This document shows positions 1-10,662 of a stretch of 64,000 nt of DNA, in pieces; the stretch's first letter is position 1; the number at the start of each line of letters is the position of its first letter. The notes under the pieces are model-generated. The model searched no databases and had not been told where the DNA came from. It worked only from the letters and a program-made list of their open reading frames with translations. This stretch comes from Candidatus Nanoarchaeia archaeon. GTDB taxonomy: Archaea > Nanobdellota > Nanobdellia > WJKC01. The stretch is from the NCBI GenBank assembly GCA_041653515.1, contig JBAZFG010000002.1, positions 125,632 through 189,631 of the forward strand, given 5' to 3'. Position numbers and translations under genes: made by a program.

Positions 1-180
1 AAATATAACTGCGGCAAGCTAATCAGACCATTCATAAAAAAACACAAAAAGGAAGGGGTTAAAAGATTATTGTATAAAAAGTCATTTATAAGTTTTGAAT
101 CATTAAAAAAAGAACCAATTACTTATATGGGCTTTTTATTTATGAAATCTCTGGAGTTTACTGCGTGGTGCTTTGGTATC

Positions 181-1704
181 CTAAGAAGCTTTTTCTGATT
201 TATTACCAGCAATTTTTAACTGCCTTGGTTTAAGTAAATCACTTGTTAGATAAGTTTTTAGTTTTTCAATGCTAAACTTCAAGTTATTGAAACTCATAAG
301 TTTGGGCAATATGTTACTGCAAAAGAAGATTGGATTTAATATATGTTTGATTCTTGTTTTATAAAATCTTTGTCTTGCTTCACCAACCAATTTGTTTAAT
401 TCACTTTCACTGAACTTTTTAGTTGGATAATAAGCATAAGATGTTTCTGCATCAGGAATTTCACTATTTAGCAATCCTTCTTTTTTGTATATATCATACA
501 ACTCAGTTCCTGTATAAGGTTGTGCGATATAAAATATTGCGTGGTCTATTCCAGATTCACAAGCATACTTAATCGTTTTTTCTATATCATCACGTGTTTC
601 ATAGGGGAATCCAATTATAAAATTAGCAGTAGTCCAAATACCTTTTTTGTTCATATATCTAATTAATCTTTTTGTTTTTTCAAGGTCAACAGGTTTTCCA
701 ATGAACTTTAATGTATTCTCAGAGCCGGATTCAATAGGCATACACATTCTATAAAACCCTGCTTTCTTCATTATATCTATTGTTTCTTCATCAAGAATCC
801 ATACACTTAATCCTGCAGGTGCGTTTAAAGTAATCTTCAAATTAGCTTTAATTATCAAATTGCATACTTCTTTAACTCTTTTTTTGTTAAGTATAAATGA
901 GTCGTCATAGATTACTATCTCTTTAGCGCCATATTTGTTATGTAATTCCATTATTTCTTTGAATACTCTTTTTGCAGAGTGAGGCCTCCATCTTCTTCTC
1001 CACATAGTTTTAGTGCTGCAGAAGATGCAGTTGTACGGGCAGCCTCTGCTTGTGACCATGGTACAAATCGGCTGGTTTAAAGCATAATAAAAAGTTTCTT
1101 TACCGTTTTTCATGTAAAAATCCATGTCAAGTGCATCTCTGTCCGGCAATGGAAGTGTATCAATATTATTAATTAGTGGTCTATCTTTGTTTATTATTAC
1201 TCTTCCATTACTTTTGTATGTTAATCCTAACACATTCTTTAAACTTTTCTTGTTACTAATAGCATTGAGTAGCTCTAGAGTTGTTATTTCACCTTCACCT
1301 CTTATTATGTAATCTATATAATTTAGTTTTATCAGGTTCTCATGTTCCATTGTTGGGTGAACCCCGCCGAGGATTATCTTTATAGACTTAAAATTGTCTT
1401 TCAGTACTTTGGCCAAATTAAGAGCATCATCTTTATGTATTGTAAAATTGCTTGATATGCCAATAATATCCGGTTTTATTTTATTTATTTCATTAAAAAT
1501 GTTTTTGTTGTTTATACCCACCCTGTATAAATCTTTCTTTATTCTTGTAACCTTGTTTTGATTTAAGGCTATACAGTCAATTATCTTAACTTTATGTCCG
1601 TTCTTTTTTAAAACTGCAGATATGTATGCTAAACCAAGAGGTTCAGTTATGGTTAATTTTGGGTATTTGCTTATTATTGAGGGTTGTATTAATGCTATTT
1701 TCAT
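181..1704 (-). CDS. B12-binding-domain radical SAM protein (class B rSAM)
   Basis: CxxxCxxC motif 'SRGCPYNCIFCS'; N-terminal 'LGLAYISAVLKKNGHKVKIID' Rossmann-like B12-binding segment; paralogous to 36946..38328. Confidence 0.7.
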   Translation of the reverse strand: MKIALIQPSIISKYPKLTITEPLGLAYISAVLKKNGHKVKIIDCIALNQNKVTRIKKDLYRVGINNKNIFNEINKIKPDIIGISSNFTIHKDDALNLAKVLKDNFKSIKIILGGVHPTMEHENLIKLNYIDYIIRGEGEITTLELLNAISNKKSLKNVLGLTYKSNGRVIINKDRPLINNIDTLPLPDRDALDMDFYMKNGKETFYYALNQPICTMVTSRGCPYNCIFCSTKTMWRRRWRPHSAKRVFKEIMELHNKYGAKEIVIYDDSFILNKKRVKEVCNLIIKANLKITLNAPAGLSVWILDEETIDIMKKAGFYRMCMPIESGSENTLKFIGKPVDLEKTKRLIRYMNKKGIWTTANFIIGFPYETRDDIEKTIKYACESGIDHAIFYIAQPYTGTELYDIYKKEGLLNSEIPDAETSYAYYPTKKFSESELNKLVGEARQRFYKTRIKHILNPIFFCSNILPKLMSFNNLKFSIEKLKTYLTSDLLKPRQLKIAGNKSEKAS

Positions 1705-4430
1705 TTTTTCTCCTTAATAATAAGTTTTCTTATAAACTTAACCAATTGTAAAATCATTAGATAGATTACTATAATTATAAGTGATATGTTTGTAATTAAT
1801 CTTCCTAATCCTATATTATCCTGGTTCTTATGATAAATCCTGATGCTTAATTCTCCTGTTTTATTTATGTAAAAGCTATTCATGAAATAATTAGTTTTTA
1901 TTGAGTTGAATGATTCATTGCCAATAGTGGCAACCCAGTTCTTATCGAAAGTTTCTGTTAAAGTCAAGTAAAAAGGTGAATCTATTGTAATATTCAAAAT
2001 CATTTCTGACGGATTGATTCTTATGAAATTAGTGATGTCAACATTGTTATCTTTGTTTTCATAAGTAGCATTTTCATCAAACATTATTATTGTCTTATTG
2101 CTTAACTCTGAAATCATTTCTTCATAAGTTAATTCATATTCATTATAATCAACTAATTTAATATCATTAATAATATTGTTCTTACCTTGTGAATCAATAG
2201 AAATACAATTATTATTACTGCTTAAATTAATAGTGTAATTAACAATTTTAAATTCATCCTTAATACTAGAAGTTTTGACTTCTTTTATTGTGTTATTAAT
2301 GGAAATAGAAAATCCATCATAATTTGGTCCATCAACATACCTGATTAATAATTCGTATAATCCTTCTTCATTAAGACAGATGTCAAACTTGCTGTTATTT
2401 ATTGTGTAATAACCTTTTGAGTATGTTAATAAAGTAACTATATCCAAGTCATTTAGCATAAAGCGGTATATGCTATCGAAAGACATGTCTTGTATGAACT
2501 GCGGTTTATTTTCTTGAACAATTCTTAATAGATATAAAGCATCATTATTGATTATCCTGTTAATTTCATCACTAAAAGATACTCTGCTGTTTAGCAAACC
2601 GAATAGTAAGTCATTATAACTTTTATTGCAGAATATTATCTTATCCCCGTCTGAATAATTATCAAGAAATTGATTGATAACTCCGTCTTCTTGTTCTCCA
2701 AAGAATATCAAATCATTCTTATCTAAAAAATTGTGATTTAATAATTCTTGATAAGAATCCAATGAACCAATCACTAAATTTTTATGTTCATTTATCTTAA
2801 TTTGTGATACATTATCATTTATGTAAAGAGTGACATCATCACTAAAGCTTTTGTTTTCATATGATTTAAATATTGATTTGTTTATGTACTCTTTATCATC
2901 AAAGAAGTCACCAACTAACATGAAATCATTATGTAATAAAATATATTTTATTCCTAATGCACTAAATAATTTTTTTAATTCTGAAGCATCATTTGAGTTT
3001 AATATATCAAAGTATAGTGACATTATAAACTTGAAATTTAAGTCATTGTAATTATCCTGATAGATAGTATTAAAATACATTGGGAATATTGGTATTGTAT
3101 TATTAGCCCAATCAAATACTAATTGTCCATAACTGAAAGGAAGCCACAAGGCTTTTTGAGTGTCATTTTTGAAGTAATCATTAATATCATAATAACTATT
3201 GGGTATGCTAACTGCTTTAACTTCTCCTTGATTTAATTTAAAATAACCTGATAATAATGGGCAGTTTACTACAATAATTGATACTAATACTATTGATATG
3301 ATAATTTTTTTATACTTTCTTAATTTGTTATTAATCTCCAATAGTCCACTAATAAACTGTGAAAAAAGGAAGGCATAACAAAAGCTTAATACAAAGTTTA
3401 TCTTGTCTGGCTCTCGTATCAACCAAGCCCATGAACCTAATATTGGTATTTTGTTAAGATTTGAATAAATTAATCTTAAAGGCCCAAAAGTTCCTTGGGA
3501 TAATAATAATACTAAAAGTGCTAGTAAAGTGAATGATTTGATTGATTTATCCTTTTTAATTGCTATCGCGCAGAAACTTGCAAATGGCACTATAAATGAC
3601 AATAAATAAGTTATCGGATTACTGTCAGTAGCACCCTTTAAGTAGGATCCTACAAAAAAACCATACAATCTTATTGAATTAGCAATGTTTGAGTTGCTGC
3701 TTAAGAATTCTGATTGACTAAACGGCAGGTGATATATTGTTGTATTTAATCCAGGGAGTACAAAATAACTTATTAATGGAACAAAACAAACAAGAATGAT
3801 GATCATTGTTAAAATTTTGTCTTTGAATTTATGTTTATCAATTAAAATTATGGGTAGCATACACAATGAAGTGTATATTAAATTCCTTGGGTCAAATGAC
3901 ACTATTAGTAACAATAATGACACAACTGGCGAGTATCTTTTATTTTCAAAAGATTTTATCAATGTAAGACAAATTAATGGGGCAATAGAATAACCTAATA
4001 ATATTGCAAAATAACCTAATGATGTTGTATAAACCCAATGATTTAATGTGTAAACCAGGCTTCCTGATAACGCAACTATTATCTTTTGGTTTTGTTTTAA
4101 CTTACCACTTAACTTAATTAGAAGTAAATAAGAACTAAAACTTATCAAGAAATAAACAGAGATGTACAAACATTTTGTTAAGAATTCAAGTGGCAACGGA
4201 ATTGCAGCAATTACCCTCCAAATTAAACTTTGAGGCAAGTCACCACCGCTAGGATAATTGCTTATTGGGTTCCAAGAATAAAAATAATAATTGTTTATGA
4301 TATCCTTATCAAACTGGAATACTAAGTCATTGTACAATGGTAGTCCGGGGTTAAATAATACATTGTGAGTTATTAGAACTGTAAGTAATAGTGAGTAAAC
4401 TAATCCTGTGATTAATATATTATTTTTCAT
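1701..4430 (-). CDS. large polytopic membrane protein, GT-C/YfhO-like putative glycosyltransferase with C-terminal extracytoplasmic domain
   Basis: 909 aa with many N-terminal hydrophobic helices; C-terminal motif 'FDKNWVA...NSFYINKTGELSIRIY' shared with the adjacent 950-aa ORF; 4-nt overlap with the next gene. Confidence 0.45.
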   Translation of the reverse strand: MKNNILITGLVYSLLLTVLITHNVLFNPGLPLYNDLVFQFDKDIINNYYFYSWNPISNYPSGGDLPQSLIWRVIAAIPLPLEFLTKCLYISVYFLISFSSYLLLIKLSGKLKQNQKIIVALSGSLVYTLNHWVYTTSLGYFAILLGYSIAPLICLTLIKSFENKRYSPVVSLLLLIVSFDPRNLIYTSLCMLPIILIDKHKFKDKILTMIIILVCFVPLISYFVLPGLNTTIYHLPFSQSEFLSSNSNIANSIRLYGFFVGSYLKGATDSNPITYLLSFIVPFASFCAIAIKKDKSIKSFTLLALLVLLLSQGTFGPLRLIYSNLNKIPILGSWAWLIREPDKINFVLSFCYAFLFSQFISGLLEINNKLRKYKKIIISIVLVSIIVVNCPLLSGYFKLNQGEVKAVSIPNSYYDINDYFKNDTQKALWLPFSYGQLVFDWANNTIPIFPMYFNTIYQDNYNDLNFKFIMSLYFDILNSNDASELKKLFSALGIKYILLHNDFMLVGDFFDDKEYINKSIFKSYENKSFSDDVTLYINDNVSQIKINEHKNLVIGSLDSYQELLNHNFLDKNDLIFFGEQEDGVINQFLDNYSDGDKIIFCNKSYNDLLFGLLNSRVSFSDEINRIINNDALYLLRIVQENKPQFIQDMSFDSIYRFMLNDLDIVTLLTYSKGYYTINNSKFDICLNEEGLYELLIRYVDGPNYDGFSISINNTIKEVKTSSIKDEFKIVNYTINLSSNNNCISIDSQGKNNIINDIKLVDYNEYELTYEEMISELSNKTIIMFDENATYENKDNNVDITNFIRINPSEMILNITIDSPFYLTLTETFDKNWVATIGNESFNSIKTNYFMNSFYINKTGELSIRIYHKNQDNIGLGRLITNISLIIIVIYLMILQLVKFIRKLIIKEKK

Positions 4431-7279
4431 TTATTATTACCTTTAATTTTTAGTATTACAAATAAGCATAGGGCAAAGTACCCAATAATACCAATTATGC
4501 CACCAATCAATCTGTTAAGTCTTACAATAAAACCTGAAATTATGATTATAAAAAATGATAATGCAAGTAAATTATTATCAGGTTCTTTTAAAAATAAATA
4601 AATTAAATCATTTTTGATTAATTTATTACTAAATTTTTTGAGATTAGTTTTATACACTTTGATTTTTTTTGGATAATCTTTTGCATTTTTGCCATGTTTG
4701 AATGTTAATAATATGTTAAAGCAAATTATTTTGAGAGTTGATATTGTATACACAAAAAATAATTTTATATACTTATACAAGTTTTTAGTGTGATTACTTG
4801 ACAGTATTTTTGGTAATAGGGTAATAATCAATAATATTAAAGTAACTAATGAGATACTTATCCCTGCACTGTAAGTTAATTGTTCAGACTGATACAATCT
4901 AACAGTATAACTACCCGTTTCATTAATATAAAACGCATTAGCGAACCCGTTAACTACAAAATGATTAAATTTAGTGTTATTTGATTCTGCAATCCAGTCC
5001 TCATCATAACTCTCTGAAAAGACTAAGAAGAATGGTTCACTATTGTTTACGTTGATATTGTATTCGGCAGGATTGGTTTTTATGAATGAAATGTCTGCTT
5101 CATGTACTGCATTGTTGTTTTTTTGTTCTATTGTTTCTAGATCATTACTTATTGCAATACTTGCAAGAAGGGCTTCTCCATTGCTTGTAATGTTTATCCT
5201 ATCAGTTGCGCTGCCAAAATAATGCCATGCAATATCAGTTGAATTGCTTGCTATACTATTAGCAATTATACTGCCTGTAAACTTAATGTACAACCCGCCA
5301 GAAGTGTTAATTGGTATTGTAACTATTGAATTTGGCATTAATGTGATTATTGAACTGTCAATGCCGCTGGTGTAAACAACGTTGTACCACCACCAGCCAA
5401 ATGAATAATCAAATAATCTTGCCCAGCCGTTTGAAGCATTGCTTGTTGTTATGAATTCAGAAGGCTTTAATTTAGTTGAATTGATTAACTCAGAATCAAA
5501 GGTGTTGTCATTGATTTCATCAACCAGATTGACAAGCGCGCTGTCATCTTGTTGTATTGCAAAGAAAATCGCGGGTTTTGAACAATTGTAATCAAGCAGG
5601 TTGTTAATATTAGAGTCAACTAATGAGCTGTGCTCTGCAGCGTATATTACTGGAAGACTATTATTAACCTCAAAGACTTTGATATTGTTATAACTATTCA
5701 TTGTTATTTTTGTCTCGTTTAACTGGCTCTTCAAGTAATCAGTTTTAGATAAACCAAATGATGATACAACTTCAGGGTAATTCCTCGCGTATATTGAATA
5801 ATTGCCAAATTCGGAAATAAAATCATCCCTTGATATAACATACTTAATATTTAGTAGTCTTAACAGGCTGCTTAAATTTGAGTCTGACTCACTACGTATT
5901 AAATTTGATAAAAAAGCAGTAACTCTATTGGAATCTGATTCTACACTTATAACTTGATTAAGTGATGATTTTGGTGAGTATGTAATCATAGGGTCAATGC
6001 CTGCATAATCCAATCCTGTCATGCTTATTGGCTGGTCCAAAGGGAAGTAAAGAACCCTATAATCACTAGGGTCATTAATTAATGAATTAGTTATTTCTCC
6101 ATAACCATTACTCCATTGGTAATCTTGTAACTGCCCCATAAAATTTCCTGAAAATAATGGCAGCGCAAACAATATTATTGCAATTGGAAAAAGAATCCTT
6201 TTGCTTTTTAACAGGTTATAACTTGAGCCTAATAACAGTGCATAGCAGAATGCTGGGATAAACAATAAGTGCTGTGATTCCCTAAACAAGCCAATAAGTG
6301 GTATATTCAAGAATGCTTCCCCGAATGGTGGGTTTGGGCCTTTTGATAAGAACAAACCGATTGCAGTGGTTATTATAAAAAACCATATTTGTTTATCCTT
6401 TGATTTAATGTTAGGCAACAGTAGAATTAGTATTAGTGCGCCGCCACCAATTACTGGTATTAACAGCCAGTTCCATATAGCATCAACAAAATATTTGGCA
6501 CCGATTAATAATGGCACTGCAAAAAATGGAGGGGCATTTCTTGTGATTATGTCAATGCTTGTTGAATAATTAATAGTCGAACTTGACGTGCCGAAATTTA
6601 ACAATATTGGCATTAACCAGAATGAATGGGTTAATAACAAACTTGCGGATATAACTAATGAATTAAAAAATAATTTTTTATCTCTCATGAATATAGAATA
6701 ACAAATCATCAACAAAGGCACCATTATAAAGAACTGCAATTGTGTTACAGTAAAAGTTATCAGTATTATTGAGAGAATCAAATTTGTTTTATTGTCCTTT
6801 GATTTTATGAATGACAGGAATAATAATGGTGCAAGCATGTAAGAAAACAAGTAAGTGATGTGGCCTGCGACAACCCTGTTAAAAACAATTGGGTTTAATG
6901 CATATAACAATCCAGATAATATCCCTGCTTTGTTATTCTTTAAGACATGCCTGCTTAATAAAAACATAAAATAAGCACTGCAGAATACAAATGCTACTAT
7001 TAGCATTCTAGTTAAGAAAACACCCCCCAGACCTATTGAGCTTAGTAAACCAAGGCCTGCGTAAAAAAAGAAAACGCTTTGATAGTCCCATGTTGTTCCT
7101 AAATCTCTTTCATTCCATACATAAAAAAGGTTTTCTGATCCCTTGGTTATCATCTCACCAAATTGAGGTATACTCCAGTCATGTCTGTAACCAATTGCTC
7201 CATTTGCAGCCAGAATCCTCCAGGTTACAAGAATGCTTATAATGGCGAATAAGCAGATCACTAAAAAGTTCTTTCTCAC
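4427..7279 (-). CDS. large polytopic membrane protein, tandem paralog of 1701..4430
   Basis: 950 aa, multi-TM; C-terminal 'YDEDWIAE...NAFYINETGSYTVRLY' aligns with the C-terminus of the 909-aa protein. Confidence 0.45.
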   Translation of the reverse strand: MRKNFLVICLFAIISILVTWRILAANGAIGYRHDWSIPQFGEMITKGSENLFYVWNERDLGTTWDYQSVFFFYAGLGLLSSIGLGGVFLTRMLIVAFVFCSAYFMFLLSRHVLKNNKAGILSGLLYALNPIVFNRVVAGHITYLFSYMLAPLLFLSFIKSKDNKTNLILSIILITFTVTQLQFFIMVPLLMICYSIFMRDKKLFFNSLVISASLLLTHSFWLMPILLNFGTSSSTINYSTSIDIITRNAPPFFAVPLLIGAKYFVDAIWNWLLIPVIGGGALILILLLPNIKSKDKQIWFFIITTAIGLFLSKGPNPPFGEAFLNIPLIGLFRESQHLLFIPAFCYALLLGSSYNLLKSKRILFPIAIILFALPLFSGNFMGQLQDYQWSNGYGEITNSLINDPSDYRVLYFPLDQPISMTGLDYAGIDPMITYSPKSSLNQVISVESDSNRVTAFLSNLIRSESDSNLSSLLRLLNIKYVISRDDFISEFGNYSIYARNYPEVVSSFGLSKTDYLKSQLNETKITMNSYNNIKVFEVNNSLPVIYAAEHSSLVDSNINNLLDYNCSKPAIFFAIQQDDSALVNLVDEINDNTFDSELINSTKLKPSEFITTSNASNGWARLFDYSFGWWWYNVVYTSGIDSSIITLMPNSIVTIPINTSGGLYIKFTGSIIANSIASNSTDIAWHYFGSATDRINITSNGEALLASIAISNDLETIEQKNNNAVHEADISFIKTNPAEYNINVNNSEPFFLVFSESYDEDWIAESNNTKFNHFVVNGFANAFYINETGSYTVRLYQSEQLTYSAGISISLVTLILLIITLLPKILSSNHTKNLYKYIKLFFVYTISTLKIICFNILLTFKHGKNAKDYPKKIKVYKTNLKKFSNKLIKNDLIYLFLKEPDNNLLALSFFIIIISGFIVRLNRLIGGIIGIIGYFALCLFVILKIKGNNK

Positions 7280-7287
7280 AACATTTT

Positions 7288-8443
7288 TTACCTTTTTTGT
7301 GTTATAAATGTTTTCTTAACGTTGTTCAGCATGTCAGTTAACTGCAGCATTACTTTTTTGGTTGAGTATTGCTTTGCGTAAGCTTTTAGTCCTGGTCGCG
7401 GTCGCTCTTTTAGTAATTTGATTATTGCGTTAGCCCAATTAATTGCTTTATAAGGCTCGACTAACTCACCGTTTTCCTTGTTTACTAACTCGTTAAGCGG
7501 CCTGACGTTGCTGGCCAGCACTGGCTTGCCAAGAGCCCATGACTCAAGCAATACTAGTCCAAACCCTTCAACAGTGCTTGGGTTAACAACGAATTTTGAT
7601 TCACTGATTATCTTTAATTTATCAGCATGGCTGACCCTGCCAGTAAACGTAATACTGTTATTAACTCCGAGCCTGCGCGCGAGTGCCATTCACTGCTTCT
7701 TCATTGGACCATCACCAACTATTACGAACTTGGCTTTAGGGTCACGGCCGAGCACTGAAAGCATAGCCCTAATTATTGTGTTAACGTTCTTGTAGAAAAC
7801 GTGCCGGCCAATAAAACAAAACTGATTCTTGAGTCCGGCTCGCAGGTTTTTGTAATCAGCCAAGTCAATCATACAAGGCATGACTTTGATTGGCCTCCTA
7901 ATACCAGCCTTAATTAAATTATCCCTGCTGACACTGCTGATAGTGTGAATTAATGCTGGCCTGAATTTGAGGATGATTTTCTCAAGCAATGGACCCATAA
8001 TTCCGAGGCCTTTGCTGACACCTATCTGCCTGCTCCACTTACTTTAGAACGGGCCACTTGAGTAAAAATCAAAGATGCTCATCAAATGAGAGATTTTAAG
8101 AAAATAAGAAACTAAATGAGCACTGACTGCCGGCGTGTAAGTATTAGAGTGAATGACGTCGGAGTCCTTAGCAATTTTCAGGCCAGCCCTGAATGACTTA
8201 ATAATAAATGAAGCATTATTCAACAAGCTCATGTTAAGGTGGCCTTTGTAATCAATTGGCCTGTCAACCAGGTAAACTTGATGCTGTCAATCTTCTCAAA
8301 AGAAGTAGTGCCCCTTAATTGCTGGGTGATAACATTGACTTCATGCTGCGCTTAACTAACTCGCGCGCGTACTGAAAGAACAAGTACTCGCCACCCCCAT
8401 AGATTGCTGGCGGGTATAAGTGAATGAATTGAGTTATTTTCAT
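7288..8443 (-). pseudogene. degraded GT4-family glycosyltransferase (frameshifted copy of 10659..11789)
   Basis: Three collinear ORF fragments (133, 102, 62 aa) plus an N-terminal remnant 'MKITQFIHLYPPAIYGGGEYLFFQYAREL' each align to successive parts of the intact 376-aa GT at 10659..11789, with frame breaks; roughly 75-80% nt identity in aligned stretches. Confidence 0.6.
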
Positions 8444-8489
8444 TATGTGGAATTGATAAAGGAAACCCTAATAAAACTTACGCAAAGTA

Positions 8490-9173
8490 TTACTTTAAAT
8501 GATCCTTGAACTTGAAATAATTACTCGGGGTCCCAATGTCAATATAATAACCTTCGTATACTTCAGTCCGCATACCTTGTTTAATCAATAATGGGAATAC
8601 TTCTTTTTCAAAACTACTATTGCTAGCAGGTAATAAATCAAGCACACTTCTTTTTAGTAACAAGATGCCGGCGTTCATGAACTTATCATCCTCTGTTGGT
8701 TTCTCAGGCCGCTCTTTCAAGCCAGCAATCAGTCCAGCCTCATTAATTTTAATAATAGTCACTTGAGTAGGATTAACAGTCTTTGTTATAACCATAGTGT
8801 TCATTCCTGTTTTATTGAAGTTTTTTTTGAGTTTTTCATAGTCAAGCTCGTGATAATTATCACCATTAATGAGAATGAAGTCATCATCAATCAATTCTTC
8901 AGCATTCTTAATAGCGCCGCCAGTGCCGAGCGGCTCTGTTTCATCAGAGTACTTAATGTTCGCGCCCCACTTACTGCCGTCGCCGAAATAGTTCTTTATT
9001 ACGTCGCTTTTGTAACCTGTTAGGATTATTATTTCATCAAAGTGTTCTTTTAACTGGATTACTAAGTACTCGATTAATGGCTTGCCATTAAACTCAGCCA
9101 TTGGTTTTGGCCTGTCATTAACAATATCCTTTAGCCTCGTGCCCATGCCGCCAGCGAGGATGACTGCTTTCAT
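8490..9173 (-). CDS. sugar-1-phosphate nucleotidyltransferase
   Basis: N-terminal 'AVILAGGMGTRLKDIVNDRPKPM' G-x-G-T-R-L pyrophosphorylase signature. Confidence 0.7.
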   Translation of the reverse strand: MKAVILAGGMGTRLKDIVNDRPKPMAEFNGKPLIEYLVIQLKEHFDEIIILTGYKSDVIKNYFGDGSKWGANIKYSDETEPLGTGGAIKNAEELIDDDFILINGDNYHELDYEKLKKNFNKTGMNTMVITKTVNPTQVTIIKINEAGLIAGLKERPEKPTEDDKFMNAGILLLKRSVLDLLPASNSSFEKEVFPLLIKQGMRTEVYEGYYIDIGTPSNYFKFKDHLK

Positions 9174-9228
9174 TGTATATTCTATTTTAGTTACCTTTTT
9201 AAATATTTGATTGTAATTAGTTAATAAA

Positions 9229-10662
9229 ATGAATGATAATTACTCATCAATGTTTGGCTCTGACAATAATTTTAAGGCCTTTAGTGTGTCGCAGGACATG
9301 TTCCCCTTGACTGTAAACGAGTCAGTTATAAAAACCGCGGTTGATAAGGGTGCGAGTGAGAACAAGTGGGTTCTTGCTTTTGTTATTGGAACAAAGCCGT
9401 GCTTTTACAAGTTTTATGGCTCAATAATAGCTGCCAAGCAAATGGGTATACCTTACATTGTTATTAATGCTAATCAGCATTATGATGATAATCTTACTTA
9501 TGGTATTAAGGAGTTTGTTATTGATGTTGCCTGTAATCTTAATATTCGCGGCGGCTTGCTACAGAAATCTGTTGAGCTAATGCTGAAATTTAATTGGTTA
9601 TCAGATTATTTTAATAAAATAAACCCTAAAGCTAAAGTTGTTCCTGTTGTGCTTGGTGATACAATATTAACTAGTATTGTGCCTGCAGCCTGGATGTTTT
9701 CAAGGAATGAAAAAGCAATACAAAATGAGGCTGGTCTTAGGAGTATGGCGCCATCAGTTTTGAGAGCTAAGAATTTTGATGTTAAGGATTTTTATGAAAA
9801 ACAAGTGACTTGTGATTGGTTCCTATTGAGAAACGAGCCTTTCCCTGAGCAATGGGATACTTTTGTCTCAGCTGCTGGTTGCGAGTATCATTTTACTCCG
9901 TTGGAGCTTAACAAACAACACTTAATAAGAGAAGGTTATCCTGAGGAAAATATATTTGTTACTGGTGGCGTTGTTGTTGACGCTCTTAATTTGAAGTTAA
10001 ATGAAAAACCAACTAAAAGTGTTTTTGATATTTACCCGCAACTTAATGATGGTGACTGGATTCGTATGGATGTTCATCGCAGGGAGAATCTCACGCCATC
10101 AAGGTTTAAGGCTATTATTGGTTCAATTAAAGGTTTGTTAGATAATGGTTTTAAAGTTAATTTTGTTGAGATGAACGCGACTAAATTTGCTATTGATAAA
10201 TATAATTTTAGAAAAACAATTGATGGCCTGAAAATGAATAAGAATTTTTTAATGACTGATGTCTGGCCTGAGTACGCTAATGTTGTTGAGTTTTATAAGT
10301 CAAAGAATTGTTTGACTGCTTTTACTGATAGTGGTGGGGTTCAGGAGGAAATGAATTTATTGGGAAAGCCTTGTTTGACTTGTCGTTTTAACACTGACCG
10401 ACCTGAGACTGTTTTTGATGCCAAGACTAACTTGTTGGTGCCCCCAATTAGCAGTGATTTTATTTTTAATTCAATTAAACATCTGAATGATTCTGGCTTA
10501 TTAAGTAATCTATCAAAAGGCAAGCCAATATATGGCGCTGGTGTTGGTAATAAATTTATGAGCGTCCTTGATGATTTAATGAAGAATAATAAGCGGTTGT
10601 TTACTTGGTCTCATCAGTTCTTGGGTTTTGGTAATGATGATGATGACGCTGATTTTCTTTAA
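9229..10662 (+). CDS. UDP-N-acetylglucosamine 2-epimerase-like protein (WecB family), extended
   Basis: 'NEAGLRS' resembles the conserved H-V-E-A-G-L-R motif of non-hydrolysing UDP-GlcNAc 2-epimerases; the 477-aa length is longer than typical. Confidence 0.4.
   Translation: MNDNYSSMFGSDNNFKAFSVSQDMFPLTVNESVIKTAVDKGASENKWVLAFVIGTKPCFYKFYGSIIAAKQMGIPYIVINANQHYDDNLTYGIKEFVIDVACNLNIRGGLLQKSVELMLKFNWLSDYFNKINPKAKVVPVVLGDTILTSIVPAAWMFSRNEKAIQNEAGLRSMAPSVLRAKNFDVKDFYEKQVTCDWFLLRNEPFPEQWDTFVSAAGCEYHFTPLELNKQHLIREGYPEENIFVTGGVVVDALNLKLNEKPTKSVFDIYPQLNDGDWIRMDVHRRENLTPSRFKAIIGSIKGLLDNGFKVNFVEMNATKFAIDKYNFRKTIDGLKMNKNFLMTDVWPEYANVVEFYKSKNCLTAFTDSGGVQEEMNLLGKPCLTCRFNTDRPETVFDAKTNLLVPPISSDFIFNSIKHLNDSGLLSNLSKGKPIYGAGVGNKFMSVLDDLMKNNKRLFTWSHQFLGFGNDDDDADFL

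Noticed and set aside
1124-1312. Numerous 60-140-aa ORFs on the strand opposite to long genes (for example 1124..1312, 2830..3051, 6366..6569, 15208..15639, 21872..22234, 21958..22251, 29208..29528, 50689..51093, 58848..59234)
   Set aside because: They lie fully inside confidently assigned longer CDSs on the other strand and have low-complexity composition. The GC-rich cassette yields more of them because it has fewer stop codons. They are treated as non-coding shadow ORFs.
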